Assembly: GCA_022707425.1 (NCBI GenBank)
Contig: JAKJAQ010000005.1
Location: 10,988-74,987, forward strand
Direction: 5' to 3'
DNA from: Candidatus Babelota bacterium
GTDB lineage: Bacteria > Babelota > Babeliae > Babelales > JACPOV01
Length of the DNA stretch: 64,000 nucleotides
Made by a program: the position numbers and the translations under genes. The notes below the pieces were generated by a model. It had not been told where the DNA came from. It saw only the letters and a program-made list of their open reading frames with translations, and did not search any database. This document shows positions 8,040-16,895 of this stretch, piece after piece. Each line of letters opens with the position of its first letter. The stretch's first letter is position 1.

Positions 8040-11000
8040 ATGTCTAACATGCGCATGGATAACGGTGTTGTTCGCAAATCGTTTGGCCAAATTAAAGATA
8101 TTGTACCAGTTCCTGATCTGATAGCGATTCAGTCAAGGTCATTTAATGATTTTGTGCAGTTAGATTGTCTTCCTGCTGAAAGAAAATTAATTGGCTTAGA
8201 AAAAGTATTGCGCGATATTTTTCCGATTGATTATGAAGATAAAATGTCGTTGGAATATGTAAGCTATGAGTTAGGTGAATGGTCTTGTACATGCGGCAAG
8301 CTGAAAGGCATTGCCAATCGTTATACATGGAGCTGTTCTTCGTGTAAAAAGTCTGATTGTTCACGATTAAATGATCAATTGGAATGTACATTTTGCAAGA
8401 AAAAAACTGCACGTTACAAGACGTGTTCAAACTGTTTAGCACGGGTTACTGTGCAAATGGCTATGAGTTTAGAAGAATGTCGATCAAGTGGTCAGACATT
8501 CTCTATGCCATTAAAAATCAAAGTTCAGTTGATGACTTGGGATGTTGATGGATCGGGCAACAAAGTTGTTCGCGACATCAAAGAACAAGATATTTTCTTT
8601 GCTGATGTACCAGTAATGGCAGATCTTTATGAAGAAAATGGTGTTTATAAGCTTGGAAATGCCGGTACGTTCCTTATCAACGGTGTTGATCGTGTTGTTG
8701 TAAGCCAGTTACATCGTTCGCCAGGTGTGGTCTTTACTCAAAGCAAAAAAGTAAAAGACGTACGTGGACGACCTTATTATGTTGCTCGTCTTATTCCAAT
8801 GCGTGGTTCATGGCTTGACTTTGAATTTGATAGTAACGACTATCTGTATGTAAGAATTGATAAAAAGAAGAAAATGTTAGTGACGACGTTCTTGCAAGCG
8901 CTTGGCGTAGCACGAGAAAACATTATCAAGCTTTTTTATCCGTTCGATCATGTCTATTTTGCAAAAGATGAATTTTATCGCACGGTTGATATGAATTTAA
9001 TTGGCCAACGACTTGAAAAGGGAATGATCCCGGACAACGTAGCCGATGAGTTTGTAGGAACACGTGTTAATGCTGCGTTGTTAGAACGATTAAAAAAAGC
9101 TGGCATTGATAAAATTTATCTTAAAAAATCAAGCTTAATTAATCGTGTATTTGGTGCCGATGTTGTTGATTCTGAAACGGGTGAAATCTTGGCAGAACAA
9201 GGACAATCGTTTACTGAAGAGCACTATGAACAGTTTAAAAAATTAAAAAAATTAGAATTTGATATTATCAGTGCATCTGGGTATGTTTTGCAACCAACTG
9301 TTGCAATGACACTTACGCAAGATCGTTGCTATACGCAAGATGATGCATTGAAAGAATTGCATTCTAAAATTTGGCCTGGCGATAGTTCGTCTCTCAAAGA
9401 GATTAATGAGCGACTTGAAGCAATGTTGTTTAGCAGTCGTTTATACGATCTGACTCGTGTTGGCCGAATTAGAATGAACAGAAAATTGGGCATCAATGTA
9501 CCTGAAGATGTTCATGTACTGTCTCGTGAAGATATTTATGCTACCGTTAAATATCTTATAAATTTACGTGAACTTGGCGAAGGTGAACTTGATGATATTG
9601 ATCACTTGGGCAATCGCCGTGTTCGTTTGGTGGGTGAACTTCTTACTAACCAAATTTATATCGGCTTTTTGCGTATTGAGCGCATTATTAGAGAGCGATT
9701 CAGAACGCAAGATACTCATGCAGGATTAATGCCTCAAGATTTACTCAATATTAAGCCACTTGGTGCGGTATTGCGTGAATTCTTCGGTACTGGTCAATTG
9801 TCACAGTTTATGGATCAGACAAATCCTCTTTCAGAAATTGCACATAAACGTCGTCTTTCAGCCCTCGGGCCCGGCGGTGTATTAAAAGATCGTGCTACCT
9901 ATGAAATTCGTGACGTTCATACATCTCACTATGGCCGTATTTGTCCGATTGAAACACCAGAAGGTCAAACTATTGGTTTGATTTCTTCATTAGCAACCTA
10001 TGCTTTAGTTAATGACCTTGGGTTTATCGAAACTGCTTACCGACCTGTTCAAAAAGGCAAAGTAAAAGATGAAGTTGTGTTCCTTGATGCATTCCAGGAA
10101 CAAGACAAATACATTGCACAAGCCGATTTTGGAACGCATACAACTAAATATAATGAAAATAAAATTGTAGCGCGTCATGAAGGTAATTTTCTTTATGAAG
10201 AGCCAAGCAAAATTGATTATGCAGATCTTTCACCGAAGCAATTAGTATCTGTTTCAACAGCGCTTATTCCATTTTTAGAACATGATGACGCAACACGTGC
10301 ATTGATGGGTTCAAACATGCAACGTCAAGCAGTGCCGATTGTTCGTTGTCAGGCGCCACTTGTTGGCACTGGCATGGAAAAGGAGATTTGTAAATCTTCT
10401 GGAGCTGCCATAATTGCACAACGGCCGGGCATTGTTGAATATGTTTCTTCAGAGAAAATTATTGTTCGTGCAGACGAAAATAGTTTTGCAAATACTGAAG
10501 ATTGGATTGCAAATGGTATTGATTCATATCATTTAAAAAAATATCAGCGTTCAAGCTACAGCACATGGATTCATAATACGCCGATCGTTGAGCGCGGAAG
10601 ACGCGTTAATGCAGGAGACATTTTGTCTAATGCGCAAGCAATTCGCGAAGGTGAATTGGCATTGGGTACTAATCTTCTTGTTGGCTTTATGCCATGGCAT
10701 GGATACAATTTTGAGGACGCAATCGTTGTAAGTAAACGACTGGTTGCACAAGAAGTGTTATCATCTGTCCACATTGATGAATATATTGTAGATGCTCGCG
10801 ATACAAAACTTGGGCCTGAAGAAATCACTAAAGATATTCCAAACGTGAGTGAAGCGGCACTTGCTTGTCTTGATGAAGATGGGATTGTGCGCATTGGTAC
10901 TCGTGTTAAAGCTGGTGATATCTTAGTTGGTAAAGTAACGCTCAAGGGAGATATTCAATATTCTCCTGAAGAGAAACTTTTGCGTGCAATTTTTGGTGAA

Positions 11001-12362
11001 AAATCTCGTGAAGTACGTGATACTTCATTGCGTGTACCACCTGGGGTTGAAGGCACAGTAATCGATGTTAAAGTGTTTTCGCGCAGCGGTATTCGCAAAG
11101 ATAAACGATACAAGGATATGGTTACTAAGCTAACTGAAAAACTTGAATCTGAGTCGCGCGAACACCAAGAGTTCTTACGCTTAATGATTGCTGACAAAGT
11201 AATTGCTCTCTTAGCAGGGCAGGCTGCCGAAGGCAAAGTCGCTGCTAAATTAGTCAAAAACAAGAAATATGATCTTTCAGCGCTTAAAGAAATTTCATTT
11301 GATGAATTGATTGTATTGAAAACAGATGACAAAAAAATTAATGAAATGATTGAGCACCTGCAACACTCGTTTGAAAACCAAAAACGAATTCTTGCTGGTT
11401 TGAAAGAAGAGCGAATCAATAAATTGAAACGAGGCGACCCATTACCATCTGGTGTTATTAAGATGGTGAAAGTGTACATTGCAAGCAAACGCCACGTTGC
11501 AGTTGGTGATAAACTCGCCGGTCGTCATGGAAACAAGGGTGTTGTTTCTATTATTGTCCCTCGTGAAGATATGCCTTATTTGGAAGATGGTACACCTGTA
11601 GATATTGTACTTAATCCACTTGGTATCGTATCTCGTATGAACGTTGGTCAAATTTTGGAAACGGCTCTTGGGCTTGTGGGGCGTGAAGTTGGTAAGAAAT
11701 TTACCAAATTACTTGCCGATACACAGGATGGGCTCGTCAAAAAAGAATTGATTGAGTTTTATGGACAAGCATTAGTTGATTCATATGAAAATCTGTATGG
11801 TAACGAAGGATTAAAGCAGCTAGCTGAAAAAACAGCACGTGAAGGTATGCATTATCAAACACCAGTGTTTGACGGCGCTTCACTTGATACTGATATTAAG
11901 CCACTGTTGAAATCGTTGAATTTACCAGATTTAGGTTCATTTAGATTGCTTGATGGTAGATCTGGTGACTATTTTGATCAGCCAGTAACCGTTGGCGCAA
12001 TTTATATGATGAAACTTAATCATATGGTTGAAGATAAGTTACATGCTCGTTCTGTTGGACCATACTCATTAGTAACTCAGCAACCACTTGGCGGTAAAGC
12101 GCAAATGGGTGGCCAGCGCTTGGGTGAAATGGAAGTATGGGCATTGGAAGCATATGGTGCAGCGTATACCTTACAAGAATTGCTCACCTATAAATCTGAT
12201 GACGTGAATGGTAGACCAAAAGTGTACGATGCGATCGTGCGTGGCGAAAGAATACCTGAGCCAGGGTTGCCAGAAGCGTTCAATGTGTTAATTAAAGAAC
12301 TTCAAAGTGTTGGATTACGGGTAGATCTATTTAAGGCGGGCAAGGAGGAAATCGGTGAGTAA
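8040..12362 (+). CDS. rpoB: DNA-directed RNA polymerase beta subunit, carrying a Cys-rich N-terminal insertion
   Basis: Conserved beta blocks GTFLINGVDRVVVSQLHRSPGV, RRLSALGPGG, ETPEG, NMQRQAVP, KLAGRHGNKGVVS and GGQRLGEMEVWALEAYGA. I set the start at the ATG at 8040, which follows a GGGAGG Shine-Dalgarno sequence. Confidence 0.97.
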   Translation: MSNMRMDNGVVRKSFGQIKDIVPVPDLIAIQSRSFNDFVQLDCLPAERKLIGLEKVLRDIFPIDYEDKMSLEYVSYELGEWSCTCGKLKGIANRYTWSCSSCKKSDCSRLNDQLECTFCKKKTARYKTCSNCLARVTVQMAMSLEECRSSGQTFSMPLKIKVQLMTWDVDGSGNKVVRDIKEQDIFFADVPVMADLYEENGVYKLGNAGTFLINGVDRVVVSQLHRSPGVVFTQSKKVKDVRGRPYYVARLIPMRGSWLDFEFDSNDYLYVRIDKKKKMLVTTFLQALGVARENIIKLFYPFDHVYFAKDEFYRTVDMNLIGQRLEKGMIPDNVADEFVGTRVNAALLERLKKAGIDKIYLKKSSLINRVFGADVVDSETGEILAEQGQSFTEEHYEQFKKLKKLEFDIISASGYVLQPTVAMTLTQDRCYTQDDALKELHSKIWPGDSSSLKEINERLEAMLFSSRLYDLTRVGRIRMNRKLGINVPEDVHVLSREDIYATVKYLINLRELGEGELDDIDHLGNRRVRLVGELLTNQIYIGFLRIERIIRERFRTQDTHAGLMPQDLLNIKPLGAVLREFFGTGQLSQFMDQTNPLSEIAHKRRLSALGPGGVLKDRATYEIRDVHTSHYGRICPIETPEGQTIGLISSLATYALVNDLGFIETAYRPVQKGKVKDEVVFLDAFQEQDKYIAQADFGTHTTKYNENKIVARHEGNFLYEEPSKIDYADLSPKQLVSVSTALIPFLEHDDATRALMGSNMQRQAVPIVRCQAPLVGTGMEKEICKSSGAAIIAQRPGIVEYVSSEKIIVRADENSFANTEDWIANGIDSYHLKKYQRSSYSTWIHNTPIVERGRRVNAGDILSNAQAIREGELALGTNLLVGFMPWHGYNFEDAIVVSKRLVAQEVLSSVHIDEYIVDARDTKLGPEEITKDIPNVSEAALACLDEDGIVRIGTRVKAGDILVGKVTLKGDIQYSPEEKLLRAIFGEKSREVRDTSLRVPPGVEGTVIDVKVFSRSGIRKDKRYKDMVTKLTEKLESESREHQEFLRLMIADKVIALLAGQAAEGKVAAKLVKNKKYDLSALKEISFDELIVLKTDDKKINEMIEHLQHSFENQKRILAGLKEERINKLKRGDPLPSGVIKMVKVYIASKRHVAVGDKLAGRHGNKGVVSIIVPREDMPYLEDGTPVDIVLNPLGIVSRMNVGQILETALGLVGREVGKKFTKLLADTQDGLVKKELIEFYGQALVDSYENLYGNEGLKQLAEKTAREGMHYQTPVFDGASLDTDIKPLLKSLNLPDLGSFRLLDGRSGDYFDQPVTVGAIYMMKLNHMVEDKLHARSVGPYSLVTQQPLGGKAQMGGQRLGEMEVWALEAYGAAYTLQELLTYKSDDVNGRPKVYDAIVRGERIPEPGLPEAFNVLIKELQSVGLRVDLFKAGKEEIGE

Positions 12363-15300
12363 TCAGGTTTTAGAGCGCTTTCGCGAATACATCAGTGCCA
12401 CTCATTTCAATGCGATGAAACTTGGTCTTTCATCGCCTGAGAAAATACGTTCGCTTTCATATGGTGAAGTAAAGAAAATCGAAACGATTAACTACCGAAC
12501 CTTGAAACCAGAACGTGATGGTCTCTTTTGTGCGCGTATCTTTGGCCCAGTAAAAGACTGGGAATGTAACTGCGGTAAATATAAGCGTATGAAACACCGT
12601 GGTGTTACCTGTGAAAAATGTGGTGTTGAAGTAATTCAATCTCGCGTTCGTCGTGAACGGATGGGACACATTGAATTAATCGCGCCTGTTGTTCACATTT
12701 GGTTCCTCAAAGGAATTCCAAGCTATCTAAGTCTCGTATTGGATATGCCTGTTAAAGATCTTGAACGCGTTATTTACTTTGATGCGTACTTAGTTATTAA
12801 GCAAGGTAAGTCTCCGTATCCTCTTAAAACATTATTGAGCAGTGCTGATTATGAGCGCTATATTGATGCACACCCAGAAGATACCGAATTCAGGGCAGAT
12901 ATGGGTGCAGATGCAATTAAAGAAGTGCTTTCAATTTTTGACCTCAATATTGAGATTTCTAAGTTAAAGCAAGAATACGTTAAAGCATCATCAGTTGCAT
13001 TGCGTCATAAAATTATGCGTCGAGTAAAGGTATTGACTGGATTAATACAAGCAGATATACGTCCTGAATGGATGGTATTTACCGTATTGCCAGTACTGCC
13101 ACCTGATTTACGCCCATTGGTACCACTTGAAGGTGGTCGATTTGCAAGCTCTGATCTTAATGAATTATATCGACGCGTTCTAAACCGAAATATTCGCTTA
13201 ATGCGTTTAATCGAAATTGAAGCACCTTCGGTGATTATCAAAAACGAAAAACGTATGTTGCAAGAATCTGTTGATGCGTTGATCGATAATGGTCGCCGTG
13301 GACAACCTGTTCGTGGAACCAATCGTCGACCACTTAAATCATTGAGCGAAATGCTTCGTGGTAAACAAGGTCGTTTCCGTCAAAACTTGCTTGGTAAACG
13401 TGTTGATTATTCAGGTCGATCAGTGATTGTTGTTGATCCTGAATTGAAAATGGATCGTTGCGGTTTGCCTAAAATTATGGCATTAGAACTGTTCAAACCA
13501 TATATTTATGCAGGATTAATGGAGCGAGAATTAGCTCCAAATTTGCGTATTGCTAAACGAATGGTTGAAGAAAGTGCGCCAGAAATTTGGGACGTATTGG
13601 AAGAAGTTGTAAAAAATCGTCCAGTACTACTTAACCGTGCACCTACATTGCATAGACTTGGTATTCAAGCGTTCTATCCAATTTTGGTTGATGGTAAAGC
13701 AATTAAGATTCATCCGCTCGTTTGTTCTGCATTTAACGCGGACTTTGACGGTGACCAAATGGCTGTTCATATTCCATTGAGTGATAAAGCTCAAGAAGAA
13801 TCAAAAACATTAATGTTATCAACACGAAACATCTTGTCTGCAGCTAATGGAAGATCGGTTGCGGTTCCAAGTCAGGATATGGTTCTTGGTTTGCATTACA
13901 TCACAAAAGTTCGTTGTGGTGCACAGGGTGAAGGAACTGTTTTTTCTAACGTTGCTCAAGTTGTCACTGCTTATCAGCATAGTCAAGTAGCGCTTCATGC
14001 AAAAATTAAAGTGCGACTTGCATCTGGTGAAGTGGTGGAAACAACAACTGGTCGCGTTATTCTTTATAACGCACTTCCTGTTGGTTCTGATTTTAATTGG
14101 ATCAACAAAGTAGTTAAAAGTAGCGATTTGACTAAGTTAGTTGAGCGGATCTATTACCGATTTGGTAACCAGGCGACAATAGAATGTCTCGATAGAATTA
14201 AAAAATTAGGTTTTTATTATTCAACCCAAGGTGGTATTTCGTTCTCTCTTGGAAATCTAATTGTGCCAACCGTTAAAGATGAGATTGTCAAAAAAGCGGA
14301 AAAAAGTGTTGCCCGCGTTGAAAATCTTTATATGGATGGTGTAATTACCAATGGTGAACGTTACAACCAAGTTATTAGTGTCTGGGGACATGCTACTGCA
14401 GATGTTGCAGGCGCAGTAACTCGTGATCTTGAACAAGAAAACGAAGCGGCTTTTAATAACAAAGATGATGCATTCAAACCGTTTAACCCAATTTTTATGA
14501 TGCTTGAATCTGGTGCTCGTGGTTCTAAAGACCAAATTAAACAGTTGGTTGGTATGCGTGGATTGATGGCAACACCAACTGGTGAGATTATGGAAACGCC
14601 AGTTAAGAGTAATTTTAAAGATGGCTTGAACGTATTTGAATATTTCATTTCTACTCACGGTGCTCGTAAAGGTCAATCTGATACCGCGCTTAAAACAGCA
14701 AACTCTGGTTATTTAACAAGACGTTTAGTTGATGTAGCGCAAGATGTTGTTATTTCAATGACCGATTGCAAAACGCTCGGTTACGTTGAACTTGAAGATC
14801 TTAAAGAAGGTGGCGACACCTTACTTTCACTCGCAGGTCGTTCATTTGGGCGCGTTGTTGCTGCCGATTTGAAAGATCCAGTAAGTGGACAAGTATTGTT
14901 CAAACAAGGTGATTTGATTCGTCGTGATGATGTTGATAAAGTTGCTCATTCGGCATTAAGTAAATTACCTGTTCGATCAGTGCTTACCTGTCAAGCAAAA
15001 CGCGGCGTTTGTGCGTTGTGTTATGGTCTTGATCTTTCTAAGGGTCAAATTGTTGATTCAGGTACAACGGTTGGTATCATTGCAGCACAATCGATTGGTG
15101 AACCTGGTACGCAGCTTACCATGAAAACTTTCCACGTTGGAGGTATTGCATCTGGTACCGGTGAACAATCATCATATGTTGCAAAACATGCAGGTATGAT
15201 CCAATTGCGTGGTGTGCGTACGGTACAGAACCGCGATGGTAAATCGGTAAACTTGAGCCGTAAATCGCGCCTTGTAATCGTTTCGCCCGATGGACGAGAA

Positions 15301-16473
15301 TTGCAGCAACATGATCTGGAGTATGGTTGTGTTCTGTTGGTTGAAGATAGACAAGAAGTTAAGGTTGGCGCTGTTTTAGCAGTGTGGGATGCAACCAGCC
15401 GCGTTATTTTAACTGAACGCGCAGGTTCGGTACAGTATGTTGATTTGGTTGAAAACATTACCATTCAAAATGTTTTTGATGATGCAACAAATAAATCATC
15501 AAAAATGATTCTTGAACATAAAAATGACAAATATCAACCGTCAATAGACATTATCGATAATTCAGGAAATGAAATTGCACAATATCATTTACCACCAGGA
15601 TCATATCTTGTGGTTGATGATGGCCAAAAAGTAAGCGTTGGCGATGTTCTTGTTAAAATGCCGCGTGAAATTTCTAAAACCAAAGATATCGCAAGTGGTT
15701 TACCACGTATTGCTGAATTGTTCGAAGCACGTGTTCCGAAAGATCCAGCAATTATTTCCGATATCGATGGTGAAGTAGTGTTTGGTGGATTACACCGTGG
15801 ATTGCGTAAAATTACCGTTTCTAACGGTTATGAATCGTACGATTATTTTGTACCACGTGGTAAACAGATCATGGTTATGAGTGGTGACAAAGTAAATGCT
15901 GGTGATCCATTAACTACCGGTGCTCTAGTGCTGCATGATATTTTACGTATCATGGGGCCTGAAGTATTGCAAAAATATTTGGTAAATCAAGTTCAAGAAA
16001 TTTACCTGTTGCAAGGAATTGACATTAACGATCGACATATTGAGTTGATCGTGCGTCAAATGTTGCGTAAGGTTCGTGTTGTTGAACCTGGTGATTCCGA
16101 TTTCTTGATTGGTGATCGAGTTGATCGCATCCATTTCAAATCGGTCAATGCGTTATTGCAAGCTGAAGGCAAAAAAGTGGCGAGTGCTAAACCGACACTT
16201 ATGGGCCTTACTCTTGCTTCGCTTGATACAGAAAGCTTCATCTCTGCTGCATCGTTCCAAGAAACAACTAAGATCTTGGCATCAGCAGCAATTGAAGGAC
16301 AAGTTGATCATCTGTATGGATTAAAAGAAAATGTGATCATCGGTAAATTGATACCTGCAGGTACCGGTATGAAAACATTTAAAGAAAAATATCTTGGCAC
16401 TGACGAGTCGGATCTCGAGCGTCAAGCACGCATTGAAGAAATGCAAGAATTGCAACGAATTAAAGAGGCATAA
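12355..16473 (+). CDS. rpoC: DNA-directed RNA polymerase beta-prime subunit
   Basis: Zn site CNCGKYKRMKHRGVTCEKCG, catalytic NADFDGDQMAVH, and trigger-loop and bridge-helix blocks. The GTG start follows a GGAGG and overlaps the rpoB stop by 8 nt. Confidence 0.97.
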   Translation: MSNQVLERFREYISATHFNAMKLGLSSPEKIRSLSYGEVKKIETINYRTLKPERDGLFCARIFGPVKDWECNCGKYKRMKHRGVTCEKCGVEVIQSRVRRERMGHIELIAPVVHIWFLKGIPSYLSLVLDMPVKDLERVIYFDAYLVIKQGKSPYPLKTLLSSADYERYIDAHPEDTEFRADMGADAIKEVLSIFDLNIEISKLKQEYVKASSVALRHKIMRRVKVLTGLIQADIRPEWMVFTVLPVLPPDLRPLVPLEGGRFASSDLNELYRRVLNRNIRLMRLIEIEAPSVIIKNEKRMLQESVDALIDNGRRGQPVRGTNRRPLKSLSEMLRGKQGRFRQNLLGKRVDYSGRSVIVVDPELKMDRCGLPKIMALELFKPYIYAGLMERELAPNLRIAKRMVEESAPEIWDVLEEVVKNRPVLLNRAPTLHRLGIQAFYPILVDGKAIKIHPLVCSAFNADFDGDQMAVHIPLSDKAQEESKTLMLSTRNILSAANGRSVAVPSQDMVLGLHYITKVRCGAQGEGTVFSNVAQVVTAYQHSQVALHAKIKVRLASGEVVETTTGRVILYNALPVGSDFNWINKVVKSSDLTKLVERIYYRFGNQATIECLDRIKKLGFYYSTQGGISFSLGNLIVPTVKDEIVKKAEKSVARVENLYMDGVITNGERYNQVISVWGHATADVAGAVTRDLEQENEAAFNNKDDAFKPFNPIFMMLESGARGSKDQIKQLVGMRGLMATPTGEIMETPVKSNFKDGLNVFEYFISTHGARKGQSDTALKTANSGYLTRRLVDVAQDVVISMTDCKTLGYVELEDLKEGGDTLLSLAGRSFGRVVAADLKDPVSGQVLFKQGDLIRRDDVDKVAHSALSKLPVRSVLTCQAKRGVCALCYGLDLSKGQIVDSGTTVGIIAAQSIGEPGTQLTMKTFHVGGIASGTGEQSSYVAKHAGMIQLRGVRTVQNRDGKSVNLSRKSRLVIVSPDGRELQQHDLEYGCVLLVEDRQEVKVGAVLAVWDATSRVILTERAGSVQYVDLVENITIQNVFDDATNKSSKMILEHKNDKYQPSIDIIDNSGNEIAQYHLPPGSYLVVDDGQKVSVGDVLVKMPREISKTKDIASGLPRIAELFEARVPKDPAIISDIDGEVVFGGLHRGLRKITVSNGYESYDYFVPRGKQIMVMSGDKVNAGDPLTTGALVLHDILRIMGPEVLQKYLVNQVQEIYLLQGIDINDRHIELIVRQMLRKVRVVEPGDSDFLIGDRVDRIHFKSVNALLQAEGKKVASAKPTLMGLTLASLDTESFISAASFQETTKILASAAIEGQVDHLYGLKENVIIGKLIPAGTGMKTFKEKYLGTDESDLERQARIEEMQELQRIKEA

Positions 16474-16479
16474 AGGGGC

Positions 16480-16554
16480 AGGCGCGTAGCTCAGTGGCAG
16501 AGCATTGCTTTGACGTAGCAGGGGTCAGCGGTTCAATCCCGCTCGCGCCTACCA
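16480..16554 (+). tRNA. tRNA-Val (anticodon GAC)
   Basis: Acceptor AGGCGCG/CGCGCCT, anticodon stem TTGCT/AGCAG with loop TTGACGT, T-loop TTCAATC, and an encoded CCA. Confidence 0.9.
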
Positions 16555-16587
16555 GTAAAACGTATTATACTATTAGAGGTTTTGGTT

Positions 16588-16848
16588 ATGGCAGAACAAG
16601 TTACAAAAAAAACGATTATTGAAAAATTTAGTCAACATGCTCAAGATACAGGGTCAGTAGAAGTGCAAATTGCATTGCTTACTGAACACATGAATCGTTT
16701 AACTGAGCATTTTGAGAAAAATCCGAAAGACTTTTCATCTAAACGTGGATTGCTTAAGATAGTCAATAAGCGTCGTCAATTTTTAAAATATTTAGAAAAA
16801 TCAAATGAAGAACAATATAAAGTGGTTACAAAGCGTCTACAAATCTAA
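16588..16848 (+). CDS. rpsO: 30S ribosomal protein S15
   Basis: DTGSVEVQIALLTEHMNRLTEHF..NPKD..S.RGLLK.V.KRR..L.YL is S15-like. The gene lies upstream of pnp, as in many bacteria. Confidence 0.9.
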   Translation: MAEQVTKKTIIEKFSQHAQDTGSVEVQIALLTEHMNRLTEHFEKNPKDFSSKRGLLKIVNKRRQFLKYLEKSNEEQYKVVTKRLQI

Positions 16849-16895
16849 CACAATGCTTTGGAATGCCCTTTATCATCCTATAAGGATCAATATTA

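Noticed and set aside
10551-11651. Antisense ORFs inside rpoB (up to 177 aa), and similar ones inside rpoC, pnp, pcrA, fusA, tuf and other genes
   Set aside because: They are fully embedded opposite highly conserved genes. Their composition is low-complexity or skewed, as expected from reverse-strand reading of biased codons. They have no start context.
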